Shown here piece by piece: positions 43,813 through 51,220 of a DNA stretch of 51,220 bases (the first letter of the stretch is position 1; each line of letters opens with the position of its first letter). A program made the position numbers and the translations under genes. The notes below the pieces were generated by a model. That model searched no databases. It was not told the origin of the DNA and saw only the letters and a list, made by a program, of their open reading frames with translations. Origin of the DNA: Candidatus Sulfotelmatobacter sp. (GTDB taxonomy: Bacteria > Acidobacteriota > Terriglobia > Terriglobales > Acidobacteriaceae); NCBI GenBank assembly GCA_049279555.1, contig JBAPOI010000396.1, positions 1 to 51,220 on the forward strand. The letters are read 5' to 3'.

Positions 43813-45704
43813 GCACGATCGATAACCAAACTTCCAAACATTCAGTCTTCCCGGCAAACTCAACCGAGGTCTCCGCTGCCTCAGAGCGAGATAAGGCTCG
43901 GACGGCCATCGACGCGGCGCCGCCTGCGCCGTTCCGCATGCTGCTCGTCTCAATTCTCGCGGCCGCGATTGGCTTAGTGGCCGGTCTCGTAGCGTTCGCA
44001 CTCTATAAGTTAATCGGCCTGTTCACCAACCTCTTCTTCTTCCATCGCTGGTCGGCCGACTTCTCCAGCGCCCAGCACAACCAACTCGGCTGGATGATTA
44101 TCGTCGTTCCGGTGATTGGCGGCCTCGTGGTTGGCGGGATGGCGAAATACGGCACGTCGAAAATCAAGGGCCACGGCATCCCAGAAGCCATGGAGGCCGT
44201 GCTGTTCAACCGCAGCCGTATTGCGCCGCGCGTGGCCATTCTAAAGCCCATTTCGGCGGCAATCGCGATCGGCACCGGCGGTCCCTTCGGCGCGGAGGGT
44301 CCGATCATCCAGACCGGCGGAGCGATCGGATCGCTTGTCGGACAAGCCTTCCACGCCACTGCGGTCGAGCGCAAAGTGCTGCTCGCGTGCGGTGCCGCCG
44401 CAGGAATGTCGGCCACATTCAACACTCCGATCGCCGGCGTGATTCTTGCCATCGAACTTCTGCTCTTCGAATTCAAATCGCGTTCCTTCATCCCGCTGGT
44501 GATCGCAAGCACTCTGGCGACCGCCGTCCACATGCAGCTTCTGGGACTGGGACCAATGTTTCAGGTCAGGCCGATGGACTTCGCTATTCCACGCGGGCTG
44601 CCGTTTTATCTGGTCTTAGGAGTGATCTGCGGCCTCGCCGCCGTCGGTTTTAGCAAGCTGCTTTACTGGGTGGAGGATCAATTCGACAAGCTTCCCTTCG
44701 ACGAGGTTTGGTGGCCTGCGGTCGGCGCGCTCGGACTCGGTATCATCGGCTTCTTCGTACCTCGCGTGCTCGGCGTCGGTTATGACACCATCGGCGACAT
44801 TCTCAACGGCCAGCTGGCGTGGAAGCTTTTGCTGGTCGTCATGCTGGCCAAAGCCACAGCCCTTGCTGTTTCGCTCGGCTCCGGAACCTCGGGCGGATTG
44901 CTGGCGCCCTGCTTTATGTGGAGCGCCGCGATGGGCGGCATCTTCGCCATAGTGTCCAATCACTTTTTGCCGGGCGCGCACCTGTCGCCGGGCGCCTTCG
45001 CGCTGGTGGCGATGGGTGCGGTGTTTGCTTCAGCTTCACGCGCCACGTTTACGTTCATCATCTTCGCTTTCGAAATCACGCGGGATTACAACTCCGTGTT
45101 GCCTCTCATGCTGGTCAGCGTCATCGCCGATGGCATTGCCATGCTCCTGATGCCTAACAGTTCGATCATGACGGAAAAACTTGCGCGACGCGGCCTGCAT
45201 GTCCATCAGGACTACGAAGCTGACACTCTGTCGCAAAGCAAAGTTTCCGAGACCATGGACCGGGAACTGCCTACCGTCGTCGCTGGGACCAAGGTGAGCG
45301 AACTCGCCGAACGCATCGCGCGGCACGATCCCACCGTAGCTCGCCACGAAGCTTTGCTGATCCTCGACGGCGACGGGAAGCTTGCGGGTATCATCACGCG
45401 TGGCGACCTGCTCCGCGCATTCGACAAAGACTCCGCCGGAGCCATGACCGTTCAGGAAGCCGGCAGCACACGACTTGTAGTCACGCACCCTGATGAACTT
45501 GTCTCCGAAGCTGCGTCGAAGATGCTGCGCTATGACATCGGACGATTGCCTGTGGTCGATCGCGCGAACCACCGTGCAGTGGTGGGATATTTAGGCCGCA
45601 GTGGCGTGATGGCCGCGCGGCTCCGGCGTTTCCAGGATGAGCACGTGCGCGAGCCGGGATGGTTTCCGAGGAAAGCTGGCCTGGATGTTTCAGGGTTGAA
45701 GTAG
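43809..45704 (+). CDS. ClC-family chloride channel/antiporter with C-terminal CBS pair
   Basis: 'GHGIPE', 'GTGGPFGAEGP' and 'GGLLAPCF' are ClC selectivity motifs. Two C-terminal CBS-like repeats. The ATG overlaps the marR stop (ATGA). Confidence 0.9.
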   Translation: MSTIDNQTSKHSVFPANSTEVSAASERDKARTAIDAAPPAPFRMLLVSILAAAIGLVAGLVAFALYKLIGLFTNLFFFHRWSADFSSAQHNQLGWMIIVVPVIGGLVVGGMAKYGTSKIKGHGIPEAMEAVLFNRSRIAPRVAILKPISAAIAIGTGGPFGAEGPIIQTGGAIGSLVGQAFHATAVERKVLLACGAAAGMSATFNTPIAGVILAIELLLFEFKSRSFIPLVIASTLATAVHMQLLGLGPMFQVRPMDFAIPRGLPFYLVLGVICGLAAVGFSKLLYWVEDQFDKLPFDEVWWPAVGALGLGIIGFFVPRVLGVGYDTIGDILNGQLAWKLLLVVMLAKATALAVSLGSGTSGGLLAPCFMWSAAMGGIFAIVSNHFLPGAHLSPGAFALVAMGAVFASASRATFTFIIFAFEITRDYNSVLPLMLVSVIADGIAMLLMPNSSIMTEKLARRGLHVHQDYEADTLSQSKVSETMDRELPTVVAGTKVSELAERIARHDPTVARHEALLILDGDGKLAGIITRGDLLRAFDKDSAGAMTVQEAGSTRLVVTHPDELVSEAASKMLRYDIGRLPVVDRANHRAVVGYLGRSGVMAARLRRFQDEHVREPGWFPRKAGLDVSGLK

Positions 45705-45714
45705 CTGATCTCTA

Positions 45715-46677
45715 CTACTTTTTTTCGGCCGCGTCGATCAGGGGGCGCAAGGCCTCTACCGAAACTCCCAGCGTGCCGCCGGAGAATCCGTCGATGTAGG
45801 CGGAGTTGACTCCGATCACTTCGGCATTCGAATTGAATACGGGTCCGCCGCTGCCGCCGTGCGCTGTGGGGGCGTCGTAAATGAGTTTGTCGCCGACTAC
45901 GTCACCCAGATGCCCACAAGTGGTCGAGGGTCGAATCAAAGATAACGCTGCCAGTTCGCTCGCAGCATTGATGTCATTGTGCCGGTACGCGAGCCGCTGG
46001 TAAATTCCGCTCGGCGACTTCGCGACCATCCCGGCGATTCCCATGGGATAGCCGATTACCGTCACCAATTCTCCGGGCGACGCCGTTCCTTTCGCCAGCG
46101 GAAGCACAGGAAGGCCGCTCACAGCTTCTTTATCTTCAATTCTGAGTACGGCCAGGTCGCCGCTGGAAGAAACTGTTCCGGGGGTTAAGGTCACCGGCGT
46201 GGGAGAGTTGGGGAAGAATACAACCAAGCTCTCTAGGCGGGCTGTGGCGCCGCGCTGAATCAGAGCTTCAGCTTCGGCGTCGCCATACCAAGGCTCGGCC
46301 ACGTGACGGTTGGTGGCGAGAAGTCCGTTGCCGACCAGAAACCCTGTTCCCGATACCCGCGCACGAATCGCGACCGGCTGGTTGGGAAACCCAACCTGAA
46401 AAACACCATGGATATAACCAATCGAATTACGATAGTGAGCCAGAACGAGGGCGGGCATCGCCTGTTCTTTTTCGAGTTCTGCGACCTGCCGCGAAAGTTG
46501 GCCGACTTGCTTTCGGAGTTCTTCTTCCTGCTGTGGGGCCTGCGCCGTGGCGGGCGCATAGTAATGGAAGAGAGCAACCGCGCCAACCACCAACGCCACT
46601 CCCAGCACGGACTGCACCATCCATTGCCAGAGGTCGCTAACTTCGTTCGATGCCTGACGATCTTCCGGTTCGGACAT
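45715..46677 (-). CDS. Membrane-anchored trypsin-like (S1) serine protease
   Basis: TM helix and coiled coil, then 'LATNRHVAEPW' (His), 'GDLAVLRI' (Asp) and 'HGGSGGPVFN' (Ser). Met at 46677 chosen. Confidence 0.8.
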   Translation of the reverse strand: MSEPEDRQASNEVSDLWQWMVQSVLGVALVVGAVALFHYYAPATAQAPQQEEELRKQVGQLSRQVAELEKEQAMPALVLAHYRNSIGYIHGVFQVGFPNQPVAIRARVSGTGFLVGNGLLATNRHVAEPWYGDAEAEALIQRGATARLESLVVFFPNSPTPVTLTPGTVSSSGDLAVLRIEDKEAVSGLPVLPLAKGTASPGELVTVIGYPMGIAGMVAKSPSGIYQRLAYRHNDINAASELAALSLIRPSTTCGHLGDVVGDKLIYDAPTAHGGSGGPVFNSNAEVIGVNSAYIDGFSGGTLGVSVEALRPLIDAAEKK

Positions 46678-46851
46678 TAGCGGATTGCCCCCGCGCTCGA
46701 TCCCTTTCCGCAGGCGGAAAATGAGGAGCGATGAATGCGGGGGATTGGTCATCTTCCCTTGTCCGGCAAGGCTTTTCCACGGTACGGAAGATGATGACCG
46801 GGGGATATCAGAGGCGCCTAAGTAAAGAGATTCCTGCCGAGGAAATGGGAG

Positions 46852-47109
46852 CTATGGTTTTTCGATGCCCAGCCGCTTTGCCATTTGTTCGTACAGAAAT
46901 CCACGCCCCGGCACATAGGGTTGAACCCACTCGCCATCGATCACAAATTGGGGGATGGCGCGCTTGCCGGTGTGTTTTACAATCTCTTCGGCCGCGCCCG
47001 GCGTGGATTCGACGTCGATCTCTTTGAAAGGGACATTGTGCTTCGCCAGGAAGCGCTTTGCTTCGCGGCAATCCGGGCACCACGCTGAAGAATAGACGGT
47101 CAAATCCAT
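46852..47109 (-). CDS. Glutaredoxin-like (NrdH/mycoredoxin-type) protein
   Basis: 'VYSSAWCPDCREAKRFL' has the CxxC motif. 'KRAIPQFVIDGEW'. Confidence 0.8.
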   Translation of the reverse strand: MDLTVYSSAWCPDCREAKRFLAKHNVPFKEIDVESTPGAAEEIVKHTGKRAIPQFVIDGEWVQPYVPGRGFLYEQMAKRLGIEKP

Positions 47110-47220
47110 GGTCTCATTGTAATGCCTGCCGGACGGCTCTCGAAAATGAATGGGTTCAACGCCGCCGGAGGCATATCAGAAAGTCTCCGGCAGCCCAGCG
47201 AAACCGTGCGCTACATAGCG

Positions 47221-47583
47221 TTATACGCGTTGCAGCTCAGGCAGAGTTCGCTCGTTAATCACATTGCCGGTATTGAGCGTGGAGGCCGGTTCGAACAGCA
47301 CAATCCAGCATTCTTCTTCGGCAACTGGCTTGTGCTCCACACCGCGGGGTACCACGATAAACTCGCCTTCCTTGATCCACTCATCGTGGTCGCGGAACTC
47401 CATGCGAAACTTTCCCTTGACCACGAGGAACATCTCGTCTTCGTGATCGTGGTGATGCCAGACGAACTCAGTGTTCGCCTTCACCAGCTTCACCATTTGT
47501 CCGTTCAACTCGGCCGCGATGTGCGGTTTGTAGAATTCCGAAATCTTGGCGAACTTCTCGGCGATATTAATTTTATGCGTCAT
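47221..47583 (-). CDS. Cupin domain protein
   Basis: 'FVWHHHDHEDEMFLVVKGKF...GEFIVVPRGVEHKP'. Confidence 0.8.
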   Translation of the reverse strand: MTHKINIAEKFAKISEFYKPHIAAELNGQMVKLVKANTEFVWHHHDHEDEMFLVVKGKFRMEFRDHDEWIKEGEFIVVPRGVEHKPVAEEECWIVLFEPASTLNTGNVINERTLPELQRV

Positions 47584-47806
47584 GCTTTCCTCCAGTCACT
47601 GGAAGTTCTTGGTTCAAGGTCTCTGCATTCAGATTCGTCGTGCGGCGGCCGGTCGCGGAACTTCTCGAGACACATCGTCCGTTCGGACGATTGTTTCATG
47701 TCCTGACGATCTCGTTGCACTTGAACTTCCGTGTTTTCCGCGAAGGTTTCTGCATGCTGAGATCGTGCTAATCTTGCCTCAACGAATTCCCTTCCCGAGG
47801 TGTTTC

Positions 47807-49015
47807 ATGCAGCGACTCCGTTTTCTGCTTGCCATCGCACTGTGCATTTCATATTTTACTTCCGGCGCGCGCGCTCAATCCTGCAGCGGCATGAGCCTTG
47901 GCCGTGGCGCGAGCCTTAACGGATTCATTCCCTTCCCCAGCGACACTGCATGGAATCAGGATATTTCTGCTGCGCCTGTCGATCCCAACTCCAGCGCCAT
48001 CATAAATTTCATCGGCGACTCTACGCCACTGCACCCTGACTTTGGCGCCGGGCTCTATGGCGGCCAGACTATCGGCATTCCTTACATTGTGGTCAGCGGA
48101 TCGCCATTTGTCCCGATCAAATATACCGCCTATGGCTCCGAGAGCGACCCTGGCCCGATGCCCGTCCCGAAAAATGCTCCGATCGAAGGCTATCCAAATC
48201 CGGGCAATGGCGACCGCCACGTACTTGTGCTGGATCGCGATAACTGCTGGCTCTACGAACTCTACAGTTCGTATTCGCAAAAGAATGGAAGTTGGGAGAC
48301 TGCTTCAGGAGCAGTTTGGGATCTCTTGAACGACGAGCAACGGCCCTACACCTGGACTTCAGCCGATGCGGCCGGGCTCTCGGTGTTTGCGGGCCTGACT
48401 CGCTACGATGAGGTAGCCAGCGGCGCGATCCACCATGCTTTGCGCTTCACGCTGCAGAACAGTGAGACTGCATTTACGCCGCCGGCTTCGCACTGGGCGG
48501 GAAACTCAAGCAATCCTTATGCCGCGCCCATGGGCATGCGCATGCGGTTGCAGGCTTCCTACAATATTTCTTCGTTTCCGCCGCAGGCGCAAACGATTCT
48601 TGCGGCACTAAAGAAGTACGGCATGATCATGGCCGACAACGGCAGCTCGATGTTCATCAGTGGCGACCCGGACAATCGCTGGAACAATGACGATCTCGGC
48701 ACCCTGAAATCGGTTCCGGTCTCGGCGTTCGAAGTGGTGCTGATCGATCCTTTGTATACACCGAACAATGTTCCGACGGGACCAGCACCGGTAATCAGCA
48801 GCTTCACGGCAAATCCGCAGACTCTATCCTCCGGCCAGCCGGTGACTTTGAGTTGGAATGTTTCTGGAGCTTCCTATTTCGTGGTTTCGCCGCAGGTGGG
48901 AGCCGTGCGCGGAAATTCCGTGATTGTGACTCCGACGGCAACCACGACTTACACGTTAGTCGGAACCAACGCTTATGGCCGGTCTACGGCAAAGGTGAAG
49001 GTGACAGTGCAGTGA
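47807..49015 (+). CDS. Secreted hypothetical protein with C-terminal Ig-like beta domain
   Basis: Signal peptide 'MQRLRFLLAIALCISYFTSGARA'. Conserved-looking core ('HHALRFTL', 'YGMIMADNGSSMFISG'). Family not identified. Confidence 0.7.
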   Translation: MQRLRFLLAIALCISYFTSGARAQSCSGMSLGRGASLNGFIPFPSDTAWNQDISAAPVDPNSSAIINFIGDSTPLHPDFGAGLYGGQTIGIPYIVVSGSPFVPIKYTAYGSESDPGPMPVPKNAPIEGYPNPGNGDRHVLVLDRDNCWLYELYSSYSQKNGSWETASGAVWDLLNDEQRPYTWTSADAAGLSVFAGLTRYDEVASGAIHHALRFTLQNSETAFTPPASHWAGNSSNPYAAPMGMRMRLQASYNISSFPPQAQTILAALKKYGMIMADNGSSMFISGDPDNRWNNDDLGTLKSVPVSAFEVVLIDPLYTPNNVPTGPAPVISSFTANPQTLSSGQPVTLSWNVSGASYFVVSPQVGAVRGNSVIVTPTATTTYTLVGTNAYGRSTAKVKVTVQ

Positions 49016-49054
49016 ACTACAAAGATCACGTCGAGGCTGCCTCCAAAAAGAAAA

Positions 49055-49080
49055 AGCCGTCGGCTTTTCGACCGACGGCT
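49055..49080. terminator. Hairpin between convergent genes, possibly a bidirectional terminator
   Basis: aaaaAGCCGTCGGcttttcgaCCGACGGCT: an A-run upstream and a T-rich loop, lying between the secreted-protein stop and the SDR stop. Confidence 0.55.
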
Positions 49081-49097
49081 GAGATAAGTTGTCTTAT

Positions 49098-49850
49098 TTA
49101 GATCTGTCCGGTTCCACCATCCACATTTAAGTCGACACCCGTGATATATGAAGCTTCGTTGCCACCCAGGAATAGAACGGCCCGCCCTACCTCTTCCGGC
49201 TTGCCAAAACGCTTCATAGGAACGCGGTTCTTGATGCTCTCCGCGAAGTCGTCCACAGCGGCCTGCGGCATTCCGCCTTTTCCAAGAATTGGGGTCTCGA
49301 TTGGTCCCGGGCTTACGACGTTGACGCGAATACCGCGGTCCACCAATTCCGCGCCAAAGGTGCGAGCCAAGGACCGCACTGCCGCTTTGGTCGCTGCGTA
49401 GATGCTTGAGCCCAGGTAGCCCTTCGTACCGACTACGGACGAGTTCAATACGATACTACCGTTATCGTTAAGAAGAGGAATTGCTTTCTGCACGGTAAAG
49501 TAAAGGCCTTTGACGTTGATATCGAACTGCTCATCGAACAGCTGCTCGCTGCTGCCGTCTGCAGGGCTAAACTTAGCAATCCCGGCATTGGCAAACAGAA
49601 CATCGATCTTTCCGAACTTCGCGCCCACCTCGCTGAAGAACTTGTCGATATCGGCCAATTTCGAAACATCGGCCTTTACTGCCAGGGTGCCGTTACCGAT
49701 GGTTTTGACAGCTTCATCCAGCGTCTTCTGATCGCGTCCTGAGATGGCGACCCTGGCCCCCTCGTCGTGAAAAAGCTTGGCCGTGGCCAGTCCGATGCCG
49801 CTGTTGCCGCCTGTTATGACTACTATCTTGCCTTCAAATCTTCTCGCCAT
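49098..49850 (-). CDS. SDR-family oxidoreductase
   Basis: 'KIVVITGGNSGIGLA' (TGxxxGIG), 'NAGI' and 'YAATKAA' (YxxxK). ATG at 49850 follows GGAGAG. Confidence 0.9.
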   Translation of the reverse strand: MARRFEGKIVVITGGNSGIGLATAKLFHDEGARVAISGRDQKTLDEAVKTIGNGTLAVKADVSKLADIDKFFSEVGAKFGKIDVLFANAGIAKFSPADGSSEQLFDEQFDINVKGLYFTVQKAIPLLNDNGSIVLNSSVVGTKGYLGSSIYAATKAAVRSLARTFGAELVDRGIRVNVVSPGPIETPILGKGGMPQAAVDDFAESIKNRVPMKRFGKPEEVGRAVLFLGGNEASYITGVDLNVDGGTGQI

Positions 49851-49988
49851 AAATCTCTCCAATCGTTGAATGCAGAAATCTTCAAGAGCAGCCATTAACG
49901 CACCGGCTGATTTAAACGTTTTGATGTATGTCAAAATATCAAAGATTCAGAATTAGACACCGCAAGCTAAGGACTATACTGTGCATGC

Positions 49989-50279
49989 ATGACAGAGAAG
50001 ACGTTAGCTAAGATTTCCAAGGCCTTGAGCGACCCGACGCGCCTCCGCATTTACGAGGCCATCTCGTCTCGCGGCCAGATGTTTTGTGGCGAGGTTATGC
50101 AAAAGTGCCCGCTCACGCCGGGGACGATCTCTCATCATCTTCGAGTGTTGGCTGAAGCAAACCTGATCGAGTCCCGCAGGCAAGGACAATTCATCTATAA
50201 CCGCTCACGGCCGGAAACAATCCGGGAATATACTCGCGCGCTAACAAAAATAGCCGGAAAAACAAAAGCCAAGGGTTAA
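49989..50279 (+). CDS. ArsR/SmtB-family transcriptional regulator
   Basis: 'LSDPTRLRIYEAIS...ISHHLRVLAEANLIESRRQGQFIYN'. Divergent from the SDR gene. Confidence 0.85.
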   Translation: MTEKTLAKISKALSDPTRLRIYEAISSRGQMFCGEVMQKCPLTPGTISHHLRVLAEANLIESRRQGQFIYNRSRPETIREYTRALTKIAGKTKAKG

Positions 50280-50361
50280 ATCCGCAAAATAATTCGACGA
50301 TCTGAAAACTAAAAAAAGAATTAGGAAATAACCTAAGCGCCGCTTGGGTTATACTGAATTT

Positions 50362-50625
50362 GTGGTTTCAATAAGGTTTGGCGGAGTGCGATTCATCGCT
50401 TACACGAACGATCATCCGCCTCGCCATGTCCACGGCTTCACTAGCGAATGCGAAGCGATCATAGACCTTCGATCGGACGGGAATGTGGCTTTGGCCAAAC
50501 GAGCGGACGCCGTTCGCCCGGCGAACGCGAAACGCTCGGATATCAAAAAGATTCTCAGCGCCGCGGCTGGACATTTCGAGGAGCTTGCTTTGTTATGGGA
50601 GAGCATCCATGAAACAAAAGGTTGA
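50362..50625 (+). CDS. DUF4160-like protein
   Basis: 'RFGGVRFIAYTNDHPPRHVHG' matches the DUF4160 'DH.PPH.H' core as I recall it. Start is uncertain (TTG 50344 or GTG 50362). Confidence 0.6.
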   Translation: MVSIRFGGVRFIAYTNDHPPRHVHGFTSECEAIIDLRSDGNVALAKRADAVRPANAKRSDIKKILSAAAGHFEELALLWESIHETKG

Positions 50626-51070
50626 GCGGGAAAAGACTCCGAGACGGAAGATCATCACCAACAACGCTGAGATCAACCGCGCGATTGAGCGCGCTCGACG
50701 ATTGCAAAATGAGCCGATTGTAACGGCAGTGGAATATAAGCCAGGGCCGGGATTGGATCTGATCATCCTCCAACTGAGCGACGGCCGCCGTCACGTGATC
50801 CCGCGAGAACTACTGCAAGGACTAGAGGCGGGGACGAGCAAGCAGATAGCCCATGTAGAAATTGTTGGCGGTGGCACCGGCCTTCATTGGCCTGATCTCG
50901 ATGCAGACCTCTACGTGCCCGCTCTGCTTCGCGGCGTCTATGGGACCCGGCAGTGGATGGCGAAGATTGGGCGCGCCGGAGGGCTGGCGAAAAGTCCTGC
51001 TAAGAAAATGGCTGCACGAGCGAATGGGAGTTTGGGAGGGAGGCCGAGAGAACGCCCCAGTGTGATCTGA
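50609..51070 (+). CDS. DUF2442-like protein with basic C-terminal tail
   Basis: 'LQLSDGRRHVIP...VEIVGGGTGLHWPDLDADLYVPALL' is DUF2442-like. Tail is 'AARANGSLGGRPRE'. ATG at 50609 overlaps the upstream ORF by 17 nt. Confidence 0.6.
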   Translation: MKQKVEREKTPRRKIITNNAEINRAIERARRLQNEPIVTAVEYKPGPGLDLIILQLSDGRRHVIPRELLQGLEAGTSKQIAHVEIVGGGTGLHWPDLDADLYVPALLRGVYGTRQWMAKIGRAGGLAKSPAKKMAARANGSLGGRPRERPSVI

Positions 51071-51220
51071 ATAATTTCAAGCTCGGCTAATATGAAGATC
51101 ATCAGGCCACTGACCGGCTGTGGCGGCTAACCTAGGTGGTTTTCCGTTGGAACGTGGCATTACAATGGCCCTAATTTCTGCTTCGACTTCGCGATGCCGA
51201 CCTTGAATTCGACCGTGAAT

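Overview
This is a 51.2 kb chromosomal window of about 58-60% GC. It is probably from an Acidobacteriota (Terriglobia-like) genome. That guess rests on two TIGR03436-like 'VWFA-related acidobacterial domain' proteins and on dense REP-like intergenic elements, and it is not proven. All calls come from reading the ORF translations and the DNA by eye, with no searches run.

Most of the window is housekeeping:
- ilvE, tatA, rpe, osmC, tRNA-Leu(CAG), purB and bamD.
- A LolC/E-type permease, an MFS exporter and a marR-ClC/CBS pair.
- An aromatic amino-acid supraoperon: trpC-trpF-trpB-trpA, chorismate mutase, DAHP synthase, an orphan gene, tyrA, then scoA-scoB and a DinB gene.

Findings worth follow-up:
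1. A two-gene minus-strand cassette (5940-7700) is the best candidate for a new defence or conflict system. It encodes a winged-helix protein fused to a nucleoside-phosphorylase/nucleosidase-fold domain, translationally linked to an uncharacterised partner that appears to carry the same winged-helix-like module. It sits between a PD-(D/E)XK endonuclease gene and a GIY-YIG nuclease gene and is bracketed by inverted copies of a dispersed repeat.
2. The GIY-YIG gene is itself bracketed by inverted copies of that repeat. This resembles a REP/RAYT arrangement with a different nuclease.
3. The same repeat superfamily sits in nearly every spacer of the trp/aro operon. Its terminal ATGACAA is repeatedly in frame with the downstream gene.
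4. A lower-GC orphan gene (34387-35397) is wedged between DAHP synthase and tyrA.
5. An orphan mglA lies about 5 kb from a RomR-like response regulator.
6. A Tat-signal-bearing CDA-fold deaminase lies next to the tRNA.

Several long Arg-rich antisense ORFs were rejected as GC-driven shadows.
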